Shown here in pieces: positions 8,261 through 16,947 of a stretch of 64,000 nucleotides of DNA. Each line of letters starts with the position of its first letter. Positions within the stretch are counted from its first letter, which is position 1. Below the pieces are notes generated by a model. That model made no database searches. It was given only the letters and a program-made list of their open reading frames with translations, and was not told where the DNA came from. The translations under genes and the position numbers were made by a program. The stretch is from sequence record PP777464.1; one strand, 5' to 3'.

Positions 8261-8487
8261 AGCACTTGACAGATGATGAACATGGGCTTATAGTAATGGA
8301 TGTAATCAACATCGAATACAAAAAGTTGATACGCTACCGTTGTTATGAAGATAAGCAACTCGTTCTAGCAGAACAGAAGTTGTTTCGACTCTTAAACACA
8401 AACTTCCAAGCACAATACGAAGAATCGTATTTGTACCTACTGTCGAGGAAAGCAAAAAGAGATTATGAAAATTTTAAGCCACAGTGA
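8257..8487 (+). CDS. F1 paralog 21
   Basis: LNTNFQAQY. Confidence 0.88.
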   Translation: MKHLTDDEHGLIVMDVINIEYKKLIRYRCYEDKQLVLAEQKLFRLLNTNFQAQYEESYLYLLSRKAKRDYENFKPQ

Positions 8488-8680
8488 ACAAACAGAATTG
8501 TTAATCTTTAATACAAGTAAATTCTTAAACATAACATTGTCTGATATAGATGAGGATGAAAAAGAGTTACTTAGAGCAGATTTAAGAGTTCTTTTATATG
8601 TTGGAACTAACTTCCAAGAGCAATTCGTTGAGGACTACATCGATGAACTTAAAGAATCTGTACTGAGAACATGCAAATGA
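8465..8680 (+). CDS. F1 paralog 22
   Basis: VGTNFQEQF. Confidence 0.88.
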   Translation: MKILSHSEQTELLIFNTSKFLNITLSDIDEDEKELLRADLRVLLYVGTNFQEQFVEDYIDELKESVLRTCK

Positions 8681-8913
8681 AAATCCTTTCACCAAGTGAA
8701 TACCACGAACTATTAAGTAGTTTAATTCTAAAATTGTATATAGCAAAGACCACAGATTTACCTGATGAAGAAAAAAATATTCTAATGAGTGAAATCTATG
8801 TTAATTCTACCCTAGGGACTAACTATCAAGAATGTAATATTAATGATTACATCAAAGAACTAAAAAGGTTTATCCAATGCAAATGCGAATCATTACCGAC
8901 GAAGAATACCTAA
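8671..8913 (+). CDS. F1 paralog 23
   Basis: LGTNYQECN. Confidence 0.88.
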   Translation: MQMKILSPSEYHELLSSLILKLYIAKTTDLPDEEKNILMSEIYVNSTLGTNYQECNINDYIKELKRFIQCKCESLPTKNT

Positions 8914-9128
8914 CAATCATAAATGGACTGTTTTCGAAGTTATTTGCCATTAACACATCAAAACTTCCAGATACTGATAAAATTATTAAGTTAAATGAAA
9001 TCTACGTTCAAGCTACTCTAGGAACAAACTATCAAGAAGCCAATGTGTATAATTACATTAATACACTCAAAAGGGTAATAAAATTAAAATGCACAGACAG
9101 CACAAACAGCCAATACACAAACCCCTAG
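8877..9128 (+). CDS. F1 paralog 24
   Basis: LGTNYQEAN; sister of paralog 23. Confidence 0.88.
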   Translation: MQMRIITDEEYLTIINGLFSKLFAINTSKLPDTDKIIKLNEIYVQATLGTNYQEANVYNYINTLKRVIKLKCTDSTNSQYTNP

Positions 9129-9328
9129 GAACAGCAGAATACATTGAACTAATGGCTGCAAACTTCTCATCCTTTAAGAAACTGATGCAAGAATCAAATA
9201 ATGATTTAGAATATCATATCAAAAGTTCAGATTTAAGATTACTACTCACTCTAGGAACAGACAGTCAGTACAAATTCGTACAGGAGCATATTAGAGCACT
9301 TTTAAATGGCATCAGGGATAAACTATGA
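9089..9328 (+). CDS. F1 paralog 25
   Basis: LGTDSQYKF. Confidence 0.85.
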   Translation: MHRQHKQPIHKPLGTAEYIELMAANFSSFKKLMQESNNDLEYHIKSSDLRLLLTLGTDSQYKFVQEHIRALLNGIRDKL

Positions 9329-9540
9329 AGGAAATATCAAATCAAGAGTACTTGGCACTATTCAGGAAGAATAATCACAAATATATGGCACTTGATTCAA
9401 GAACTGATATAAGTGAACTTCAGAAAAATCTTTTGCGTTCAGAGATGATAGTACTGACACTCTTAGGAACACAGCATCAAGAGAGAACTGTTAATTCACA
9501 CATAGAGATTCTTATGCAGATAGTACAGGAAAAGATATGA
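9325..9540 (+). CDS. F1 paralog 26
   Basis: LGTQHQERT. Confidence 0.88.
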   Translation: MKEISNQEYLALFRKNNHKYMALDSRTDISELQKNLLRSEMIVLTLLGTQHQERTVNSHIEILMQIVQEKI

Positions 9541-9758
9541 GAATCATAACACAACAAGATATGCTTAAGTTCGCAAGGGTTCATGCATCTGAATTTGATG
9601 CTATATTATCAAAAAGTTACAACAACCCTTATACACAAGATGTACATTACAGTGAATTATGGATGTATATACTTTTAGGTACAGATCATCAAGAGCAAGC
9701 AGTACAGAAGTATTTGAGAGCTTTACGTGATGCTACAGCTAATGGAGTACATGTTTAA
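9537..9758 (+). CDS. F1 paralog 27
   Basis: LGTDHQEQA. Confidence 0.88.
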   Translation: MRIITQQDMLKFARVHASEFDAILSKSYNNPYTQDVHYSELWMYILLGTDHQEQAVQKYLRALRDATANGVHV

Positions 9759-9759
9759 T

Positions 9760-10011
9760 ATGAAAGTACTGACAGAACTAGAAATGTATCATAGATTTAA
9801 TAAGTACTATCATTTACTTAAGCCTATACAGAGAATTAAATGTCCATTTGAAGAGAAACAGGTTTTAATCTATGAGCACAAGTTCTTTGTATCATTAGGT
9901 ACAGATCAACAAGAGTACTATTTGACGTTGTACTTGATTACATTAATAGATTTCATTCACTATAAAACCACACAATCTAAACAAGCTAATAAAGAGAAAT
10001 ATGAAAACTAA
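9760..10011 (+). CDS. F1 paralog 28
   Basis: LGTDQQEYY; start probably 9760 (MKVLTELE), ORF open from 9727. Confidence 0.85.
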   Translation: MKVLTELEMYHRFNKYYHLLKPIQRIKCPFEEKQVLIYEHKFFVSLGTDQQEYYLTLYLITLIDFIHYKTTQSKQANKEKYEN

Positions 10012-10339
10012 TATAAAACTCAAGGTATATAAATCATTTGCAAGTACATACATCAAATGCCATACATGTAACTCTGTAATGGACTACAAAGGTAAGCCAT
10101 TTGCACTTACTTATGATAATACAAGAGGTTTTTATATATCTTTTGCTGATTACAAATATAACATATACGAACACATTGACATTGAAGATTTAAGTACTTT
10201 ATCTGAAGAGGAATACTTTCAAGAATCATTAGTATGGGATTTGGAGTTTCCTATGCCATTAGTACATAAGATGATAGTACTAATAAAAGAAACTAAACCT
10301 GTACCTAATGGTTATGAAGAACACATTATTGAGTATTAA
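10001..10339 (+). CDS. F2 protein (EExxFQxSL family)
   Basis: LSEEEYFQESLVWD. Confidence 0.88.
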   Translation: MKTNIKLKVYKSFASTYIKCHTCNSVMDYKGKPFALTYDNTRGFYISFADYKYNIYEHIDIEDLSTLSEEEYFQESLVWDLEFPMPLVHKMIVLIKETKPVPNGYEEHIIEY

Positions 10340-10353
10340 TATATAAGGTAACT

Positions 10354-10695
10354 ATGAAAACTAATATACAACTCAATGTATACAGTTCAGAAGAACATAC
10401 ATATATCAAATGCAGTCTATGTAAAGATGTAATGGACTACAAGGGTAAGCCATTCACAATTACTTATGATTCTTATGTTAATGATTTATATATATCATTT
10501 CTTAATTACGAAAAGAAAATATACAAGCACGTTGATATTAAAGATTTAAGTACTTTATCTGAAGAAGAATACTTTCAAGAATCATTAGTATGGGATTTAG
10601 AATTTCCTATGCCATTAGTACATAAAATGGTAGTCCTAATGAAAGAAACTAAACCGGAGTTTAATGGTTATGAAGAACACATCGTTGAGTACTAA
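10354..10695 (+). CDS. F2 protein, recent duplicate of 10001
   Basis: LSEEEYFQESLVWD; C-terminal third nearly identical to 10001. Confidence 0.88.
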   Translation: MKTNIQLNVYSSEEHTYIKCSLCKDVMDYKGKPFTITYDSYVNDLYISFLNYEKKIYKHVDIKDLSTLSEEEYFQESLVWDLEFPMPLVHKMVVLMKETKPEFNGYEEHIVEY

Positions 10696-10698
10696 ACA

Positions 10699-10923
10699 AT
10701 GAAAATATTATCATACAAAGATTACCGCAAGCTTCGCGGTATTTTGCGACCAGAAATTCAAAGAATTAATTCTCTTCCTATATCTAATGCAGAATGTTCA
10801 GTACTGAAAGATGAGTTAATATTAAAACACACAGTAGGAACTAACTATCAAGCTGATAGTGTTCGATATCTAATTTGGGGATTAATATGCATAGTAAAGG
10901 AAAAACAAGCTCAAGTACTGTGA
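10699..10923 (+). CDS. F1 paralog (dispersed)
   Basis: VGTNYQADS. Confidence 0.85.
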   Translation: MKILSYKDYRKLRGILRPEIQRINSLPISNAECSVLKDELILKHTVGTNYQADSVRYLIWGLICIVKEKQAQVL

Positions 10924-11249
10924 CAATCGAAGTGAATTCTATTAATGCTGGTAATGCAGTAGATAAGTTCTTTATTGCTCAAGGGTACAGGAAAGATATT
11001 CATCAATATTGTTCAGTATATGGGGAGTACAATAGTACTGAAGATATAATTTATTGGTCAACACATCAAGATTATCTAACTAAAATTGGCATTCCAGATG
11101 TTAGTACTTTATCTGAAGAAGAATACTTTCAGTACAGCTTAGTACATGATTTACCTATACCTTTAGGGTTAATCAAGGGTATACAGGAAGAGGTTCATAA
11201 GCTTAAATCCATGAGTAAAGGTACTTTCATTAGAACAGTGCAATACTAG
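10875..11249 (+). CDS. F2 protein
   Basis: LSEEEYFQYSLVHD; start uncertain. Confidence 0.82.
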   Translation: MGINMHSKGKTSSSTVTIEVNSINAGNAVDKFFIAQGYRKDIHQYCSVYGEYNSTEDIIYWSTHQDYLTKIGIPDVSTLSEEEYFQYSLVHDLPIPLGLIKGIQEEVHKLKSMSKGTFIRTVQY

Positions 11250-11250
11250 C

Positions 11251-11279
11251 TTGACAGTACTTTTCATTACTGATATAGT
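11251..11279 (+). promoter_or_regulatory. sigma70 promoter
   Basis: TTGACA-17-TATAGT with TG extension; AGTACT overlapping -35. Confidence 0.7.
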
Positions 11280-11308
11280 ACCTGTACGTTAATCATGGGG
11301 TAAAAATT

Positions 11309-11554
11309 ATGTTGAATTTTTTAAATTTCCTTATCGTCTTGTGTATTGTTCTTGGGATTGCACCATTTGTATTGTATTTCATGGATTCAGATGAAATGCA
11401 GAAGATGAATTGTACAAGGACAGGACAGAGTAGAGTAGAGACGATTCTTATGCCTGTTACGGTTATTGTTAACAACATGCCCATTACCAACATGGTCCCT
11501 ACCCTAACGACAACGTACCAGTACTCTTGTACAGACGGAGAGAGGTGGAGATAA
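11309..11554 (+). CDS. Small membrane-anchored protein
   Basis: N-terminal hydrophobic helix, Cys pair flanking a beta-hairpin-like segment. Confidence 0.75.
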   Translation: MLNFLNFLIVLCIVLGIAPFVLYFMDSDEMQKMNCTRTGQSRVETILMPVTVIVNNMPITNMVPTLTTTYQYSCTDGERWR

Positions 11555-11877
11555 TGCGTAAGTTCAATTGTATTGTACGTAAGAATTCATGTTACATTGT
11601 AGTAGCTGATTTTAATACAGGTTCTGGATTGAAGATATTTGAGTACAGAAAATGCAATAATTCTTTTCATTGGAAATTGGGTGCAAGAAAAGCAAAAACA
11701 ATTTCAGTACCGAATTTATGTTCTATCTCTGAAGAAGAAGAGTTTCAGTACTTGTTAGTACATGATGATTCTTTAGGATTTACATTAGAAGATATGAAGA
11801 AAGTACAACAGCAGATGATTGCACATTGTCATCTTCCAAAGAATTTTGTTCAACACGTATGTGAATTCCACATATAA
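11527..11877 (+). CDS. F2 protein
   Basis: ISEEEEFQYLLVHD. Confidence 0.85.
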   Translation: MYRRREVEIMRKFNCIVRKNSCYIVVADFNTGSGLKIFEYRKCNNSFHWKLGARKAKTISVPNLCSISEEEEFQYLLVHDDSLGFTLEDMKKVQQQMIAHCHLPKNFVQHVCEFHI

Positions 11878-11886
11878 GAGAAGAAT

Positions 11887-12198
11887 ATGAAATTTAATAT
11901 AGCAAAAACATCGAGTATATGTATTTTTGGTTATGCAGAAGAGTTAGGTGATATTGACATTCTTTTGTACAAAAAGGATGGTGTTATGCATTTCAAGTAC
12001 CAGGATGAAGAGGCAGACAATTATCTTTTACCTAATTTAGTACACATGCAGGAAGAGGAATTATTCCAGTACAGCTTAATATACGACATTGATATTTGCA
12101 CGATGCCAGTATTAATTAGTATTCAAAAAGTGATGCTAGATATGTATGATAAGCTAATACAAGGTATGTCAGGGAGGATCATTGAAATTGACATATAA
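11887..12198 (+). CDS. F2 protein
   Basis: MQEEELFQYSLIYD. Confidence 0.85.
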   Translation: MKFNIAKTSSICIFGYAEELGDIDILLYKKDGVMHFKYQDEEADNYLLPNLVHMQEEELFQYSLIYDIDICTMPVLISIQKVMLDMYDKLIQGMSGRIIEIDI

Positions 12199-12226
12199 GA
12201 ATATACCTAAAGGAGATGCAATATAA

Positions 12227-12478
12227 ATGTACAAAAAAATAAACCGTTATTTGTATGCATCAAAGTACAGGGATTTTTGTTTACAAGGGGGAGATGACGA
12301 TTTTGCTCTGAGGTTATCGGAATTTAATATGTTATTTTATCTTGGTACAAAAGAACAAGAAGATACAGTACAGAAATTTCTCAATCATCTTGTACAAAAA
12401 ATTAATATGCAAATTTTGATGCTTAAGTTACAGAATGAGATAAATGAATATGAATCCAGAAATAGTTCAGGATCTTAA
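12227..12478 (+). CDS. F1 paralog (dispersed)
   Basis: LGTKEQEDT; AAGGAG SD. Confidence 0.8.
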   Translation: MYKKINRYLYASKYRDFCLQGGDDDFALRLSEFNMLFYLGTKEQEDTVQKFLNHLVQKINMQILMLKLQNEINEYESRNSSGS

Positions 12479-12854
12479 AAAAGTAATATTTCTTTTGAAT
12501 ACAAGAAGCTCTTTATATAAGGAGTTCAAGGATATTAAAACATCGTGTAATATAGATTTTTTTGAAACCATACATGCGGAGTTTCGTGATTTAATTGCAG
12601 ATGCATTGTTTGAATTTTCCGAGAAATATCAAGGTACAGTCTTCGGTGTTAAGAATGTTCTTCGTCCAAGTACAGGTACAAGGAAGATTGAGTTATCACA
12701 TTTTACAATTGGTAACAACGATTTATTCAGTTATAACCCCAGTACATCTTTATATTTTATTCCTGTTTCAGACAAAAATCATCCTATTCATTACGGATGG
12801 ATTATATCTTATACAATAAATGGAACGGAGTATCCTATTAAATGGCACGATTAG
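12444..12854 (+). CDS. Hypothetical protein
   Basis: 136-aa ORF in operon. Confidence 0.75.
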   Translation: MNMNPEIVQDLKKVIFLLNTRSSLYKEFKDIKTSCNIDFFETIHAEFRDLIADALFEFSEKYQGTVFGVKNVLRPSTGTRKIELSHFTIGNNDLFSYNPSTSLYFIPVSDKNHPIHYGWIISYTINGTEYPIKWHD

Positions 12855-12993
12855 GGTGTGAAGATTATAATATGAATATATTATTAAGAAATATTAATGC
12901 AGATTATTGTGTATGGGTTAAGAATAGAGATATGATGTATTATGATTTTTATTTAGATTGTGCCATTAAGCGTTTTTTAAGAGAAGAACATTA

Positions 12994-13176
12994 ATGAAAA
13001 CCGTTAATACAAAAGCAATAAATGATTTAAATGATTCTTTATTAGTAAGTATCAAGATGTATTACAATATACATTTAAAGGGTGGTATAGATAATTACAA
13101 TTATTATCTTTCATTAGTTACAATAGAACATTTAAATTATATAGATCAGTTATTACATCCAAATCCACCAAATTAA
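12994..13176 (+). CDS. Small hypothetical protein
   Basis: 60 aa, fills operon gap. Confidence 0.6.
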   Translation: MKTVNTKAINDLNDSLLVSIKMYYNIHLKGGIDNYNYYLSLVTIEHLNYIDQLLHPNPPN

Positions 13177-13187
13177 GGAATACCAAT

Positions 13188-13748
13188 ATGAATGATATTG
13201 AGTTATTGGTACATAAGATTTGCACAATATCGTTAGTGCTGGACAATGCGAATACAGTACAGAGTTCCCTTTTAAGAATTAATAAAGTTGGGAGTAGTTT
13301 ATATTTGGAAGTAAAAGCTGGTTTTGCAGGACAGTACAATGATAAAATCAAAGAAGAAGTTAAGGGAAATGAAGATGCTTTCATTGAGGTTTGTGCAACA
13401 GTTGGTTCAAATCCAATTTCAGTATCACCTTTAATGCGAAATGAAAATTCAGAATTTGATTCCAGTTTTGAAGGTTATTTGTGGTACAATTATGGTGATG
13501 ATTATTTTATATATCAGAATTCCAAAACGGATTATAGTGAAGAAGGTATAAAATTCATTGATCCTTACAATGAAGCAGAAGTATTTCAGACATCCCTAAT
13601 ATACAATACAAATCAAATGAAGTATCTTATGTTGTTTAGTACAATGCATTTGAATCCATTGAAAGATAATTTAAAATTTTTCATTCGTTTAGAATTAGTT
13701 GATATTGCTTATGATCTTTTAATGCAAGGATATAGTTATGAAGTATAA
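13188..13748 (+). CDS. F2 protein
   Basis: NEAEVFQTSLIYN; ends YDLLMQGYSYEV. Confidence 0.85.
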   Translation: MNDIELLVHKICTISLVLDNANTVQSSLLRINKVGSSLYLEVKAGFAGQYNDKIKEEVKGNEDAFIEVCATVGSNPISVSPLMRNENSEFDSSFEGYLWYNYGDDYFIYQNSKTDYSEEGIKFIDPYNEAEVFQTSLIYNTNQMKYLMLFSTMHLNPLKDNLKFFIRLELVDIAYDLLMQGYSYEV

Positions 13749-13818
13749 AATGCTTTATACAAAAGATATGATTTATGTTGAATTAGAAGACAATGACGAT
13801 GTATCCATCAATAGGTAA
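13738..13818 (+). pseudogene. Truncated copy of the 14321/14653-type F2 gene (26 codons)
   Basis: MKYKMLYTKDMIYVELEDNDDVSINR* matches the N-terminus MKYKMLYTL..IYVELE; 36-bp junction identical at 13719 and 14302. Confidence 0.75.
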
Positions 13819-13824
13819 TAATAT

Positions 13825-14331
13825 ATGAATGAGATAGAATTATTAGCACACAAGATTAGTACAGTAATGCTTATGCTCAAGAATAATCATTCTATGCATA
13901 AGTACATTTTTATAGGTGATTTACGCATAGAAGATAGATATGATAAATTATCGTTTATGTTTAAAGATGAAAGTAATGCAAAAGTTTGTTTTGCAGCATT
14001 TGCCCAAGGCAATCCAGAACAAGCATCTCCTGTTATATATGAAAATAGTGAAGGGTATTTGTGGGTCAACACAAACGATTATTTCTTTTATGTTTTGAAA
14101 CAAGATGATGAAGTAGAAGCACGAATTGATTTAATTGATATTAGTACAGATTGTAGTGCTGAATTATTTCAGAAATCGTTATTATACAGTCCTCGTCAAA
14201 TACATTATCTAAAGTTATTCAGTTCATTGTACGCGAATCCTTTAATTAAGGGTTTTAAATTTTATATCAAAATTCCGCACCTTTCAAACGTTTATGATTT
14301 ATTAATGCAAGGATATAGTTATGAAGTATAA
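13825..14331 (+). CDS. F2 protein, paralog of 13188
   Basis: CSAELFQKSLLYS; same C-terminus YDLLMQGYSYEV. Confidence 0.85.
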   Translation: MNEIELLAHKISTVMLMLKNNHSMHKYIFIGDLRIEDRYDKLSFMFKDESNAKVCFAAFAQGNPEQASPVIYENSEGYLWVNTNDYFFYVLKQDDEVEARIDLIDISTDCSAELFQKSLLYSPRQIHYLKLFSSLYANPLIKGFKFYIKIPHLSNVYDLLMQGYSYEV

Positions 14332-14632
14332 AATGCTGTATACATTAACATTAATATATGTAGAATTAGAATCCGATTCAGATGCATGGAATTTGGTTAA
14401 AGAGGTCGATACCAATCAATGGTACATGGCAAATTTAGACGCACATGTTGTTACGGATTATTTTATAGATTTTAATACATTATCTGAAGAAGAATTTTTC
14501 CAAATGCAATTGGTGGTTGACATGTACGGACATGACATGGTAACATTAAGAAATATACAGAAAGTCGTTAATGAATTCCAAAGCAAGAAAGATTATGAAG
14601 TAGGAGCGTATTATGACATCGACGTACAGTGA
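14321..14632 (+). CDS. F2 protein
   Basis: LSEEEFFQMQLVVD. Confidence 0.85.
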   Translation: MKYKMLYTLTLIYVELESDSDAWNLVKEVDTNQWYMANLDAHVVTDYFIDFNTLSEEEFFQMQLVVDMYGHDMVTLRNIQKVVNEFQSKKDYEVGAYYDIDVQ

Positions 14633-14979
14633 AAGCAATGAGTACAATAGTTATGAAGTATAAAATGCTTTATACATTATCAGGGATATATGTAGAATTA
14701 GAACCCGATTATCCAGATGGATGGAATTTTATTAAACGCTCCGAAAGAAATACATGGCACATGGCACATTTGGATAATGACGTAATATTAGACAATTTTG
14801 TGGATTTTAATACATTATCAGAAGAAGAATTCTTCCAAATGCAATGTGTGCTTGACACAAAAGGATTTGATGTGCTATTATTAAGGAATATACAGAAAGC
14901 TGTTAACGAATTAATATCCAATGACGAGTTAGGCAAAGTGAGGCTGTTCCATGATCTCGAAGTACCGTACCAGCAATGA
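14629..14979 (+). CDS. F2 protein, paralog of 14321
   Basis: LSEEEFFQMQCVLD; likely start ATG 14653. Confidence 0.85.
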   Translation: MKAMSTIVMKYKMLYTLSGIYVELEPDYPDGWNFIKRSERNTWHMAHLDNDVILDNFVDFNTLSEEEFFQMQCVLDTKGFDVLLLRNIQKAVNELISNDELGKVRLFHDLEVPYQQ

Positions 14980-15520
14980 AATTCAGTACACCTACGCTAA
15001 TGCAATCCTAATGGGACAAAAGTTAGCTTGTATTGTTGCAGCCTTATATAATGTACAGAAAGCAGCACATAATAAAAAACCATATACAAGAATCATTAAC
15101 GCATTCATGGGGTTTAAACCATCTGATTTTGATTCACATATTGCGTGCACAAGTTATTTTGACAAACGATTCAATACACCTGATACCCCAAATGCCCGTA
15201 GTGTTATTAGTCTTTTACAGTTTAATCCAACACCAGTTATATCAAAGAATGATTTGGATTACACATGGTACAATTCAAATCAAGATTCATTTTATTCTAA
15301 TGATCAATCGATTGAATATAATAAAATTAAATCAGAGGAAGCATTTTTTCAGGAATCATTATTTACACATGAACGTTCTTTGTTTTATAGTGTTATGTTG
15401 AGTACAGTATACAATAGTCCATTACACAAGAATAACAAAATTAATTTCAGTTTTTGTGCTTATGCGATTGATGGTGTTTATGAGTGCTTAATGGAGGTAT
15501 TGAGTTATGAAGCTGAATAA
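14951..15520 (+). CDS. F2 protein
   Basis: KSEEAFFQESLFTH. Confidence 0.83.
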   Translation: MISKYRTSNEIQYTYANAILMGQKLACIVAALYNVQKAAHNKKPYTRIINAFMGFKPSDFDSHIACTSYFDKRFNTPDTPNARSVISLLQFNPTPVISKNDLDYTWYNSNQDSFYSNDQSIEYNKIKSEEAFFQESLFTHERSLFYSVMLSTVYNSPLHKNNKINFSFCAYAIDGVYECLMEVLSYEAE

Positions 15521-15848
15521 TACATTTGATATTAATAAGTTAAGAGAATGGTTTAATAATATTGAAATTGACGCCATTCCTTATCATACATATGAACAAA
15601 GCGATTTACAAAGTATTGATATCAGAGAGTTGTACAAATATTATCAGAGTGCATTAGAGATGCATAAGTTATTTTTGAGTACAAATTTCATCCTAAATTA
15701 CAATTTTGAGGAATTTAATAATTATAATTTAGTACAGAAATATGTAGTAGCAAAGTACATGTACAATCAAGGTATAAAAGGTTGCATCGAATTCAATACC
15801 GTTCTTATTTTAGTTGAGGTAATTTTATGCACCGCATGTCTGATTTAG
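15507..15848 (+). CDS. Hypothetical protein
   Basis: 113 aa, GGAGG SD. Confidence 0.75.
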   Translation: MKLNNTFDINKLREWFNNIEIDAIPYHTYEQSDLQSIDIRELYKYYQSALEMHKLFLSTNFILNYNFEEFNNYNLVQKYVVAKYMYNQGIKGCIEFNTVLILVEVILCTACLI

Positions 15849-16324
15849 AGTTCAGTTTAGATGCAGCCTTTAAATTTGTTCACAAAATAGAAACAATATA
15901 TCGTACATTATGTGCAATAACATCAGTATCAAAAGAGTTTGATGTTGGTGAAAGGTATCAGGTGTGGAATAATTCATTTTATAATAAAGAACATTCTGCG
16001 ACGGCATTTTATATTTTAGCATTTAATCCCAGCAATTGTTACCCAGAGAAGCATGAACGTTATCCAAATGACGACATGTGGTTTGAGTACAAAGAAGATG
16101 CTGATATGTCGTCAATTGTAGTTCCTGATGATTTTAATGCACAAGATTTAACAGAAGAGTGGTGGTTCCAGCAGAATTTAGTACATGATGATATTGATTT
16201 ATTTTTCTATATTGCATTTAAAATGCTTTATCACAACAATATAGTTAAAGAAAGTTTATCGTTTTCATGTCTATATATTGATGATTTGTACAATGAAATT
16301 CAAATAAACATGCCTGTATCGTAA
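15827..16324 (+). CDS. F2 protein
   Basis: LTEEWWFQQNLVHD. Confidence 0.85.
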   Translation: MHRMSDLEFSLDAAFKFVHKIETIYRTLCAITSVSKEFDVGERYQVWNNSFYNKEHSATAFYILAFNPSNCYPEKHERYPNDDMWFEYKEDADMSSIVVPDDFNAQDLTEEWWFQQNLVHDDIDLFFYIAFKMLYHNNIVKESLSFSCLYIDDLYNEIQINMPVS

Positions 16325-16340
16325 GATATGGGCTTTTTTT
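16312..16340 (+). terminator. Intrinsic terminator
   Basis: GCCTGTATC-gtaa-GATATGGGC + T7. Confidence 0.75.
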
Positions 16341-16342
16341 GT

Positions 16343-16371
16343 TTGACACAAGTACAAATGCATGGTACAAT
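16343..16371 (+). promoter_or_regulatory. sigma70 promoter
   Basis: TTGACA-17-TACAAT with TG extension. Confidence 0.75.
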
Positions 16372-16398
16372 GTGTAATCATTTTTTAAGGAGATACCT

Positions 16399-16947
16399 AT
16401 GGAAAATTTTAAAATACCAGATGATTTCAATTCAGTACAAGAGATGGTACACAAGGTTCATTATATTTTTCATGAATTAATTATTGCCAATTCATCCGGT
16501 ATGCAAATTGAGTTAAAGGATATTGATAGAGAAGAAGTATTTCTGGCTTCCCCAAATTCAATCATTCCTTTTTATGGACAAGATCGTTTATGGTTCATGA
16601 GAGATACCCCAATTGACAAATACAAAATACAAACAAAATCAGAGTTTTATTCTATTTTTGAATATCTTAATATTACATTACAAACACAAGATATAAATGC
16701 AATAAGTGCCATGAGTGCTGAGGAATATTTTCAGTACAGTACATTGCATAGTCCAGAAGAAATCTTTGTTGTTATGCTCGTTGCAAAATTGAGTACAGTT
16801 GATTTTGGGACGTACCCAAATAAATCATTCAAGATTATTATTCCTGCATTCGTCGATCTTTATGATTTCATTGTGCACAAGAAAGAAAGTACAGTGTACG
16901 ATATGTATCGTTCAAATATCAGTATGATTACAGGGGAATTAAAATGA
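16399..16947 (+). CDS. F2 protein
   Basis: MSAEEYFQYSTLHS; AAGGAG SD. Confidence 0.85.
   Translation: MENFKIPDDFNSVQEMVHKVHYIFHELIIANSSGMQIELKDIDREEVFLASPNSIIPFYGQDRLWFMRDTPIDKYKIQTKSEFYSIFEYLNITLQTQDINAISAMSAEEYFQYSTLHSPEEIFVVMLVAKLSTVDFGTYPNKSFKIIIPAFVDLYDFIVHKKESTVYDMYRSNISMITGELK

Larger units (their letters stand above)
3822..10011 (+). repeat. Tandem array of 28 paralogous F1 genes (GT[ND][YF]QE family)
   Basis: Every consecutive + ORF carries the motif; ~220-bp period; overlapping stop/start junctions. Confidence 0.92.

Noticed and set aside
3822-10011. CRISPR-like periodic repeat (GGAACAAACTATCAAGA-like word every ~220 bp)
   Set aside because: The copies vary at synonymous positions, always lie in frame as GTNYQE, the spacers are far too long, and there are no cas genes. 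It is coding conservation.
14976-15011. 11-codon mini-ORF coupled at both ends (ATGA and TAATG), or a frameshift into the 14951 gene
   Set aside because: ATG 14951 has its own GAGG SD at suitable spacing and there is no slippery heptamer, so no special mechanism is needed.
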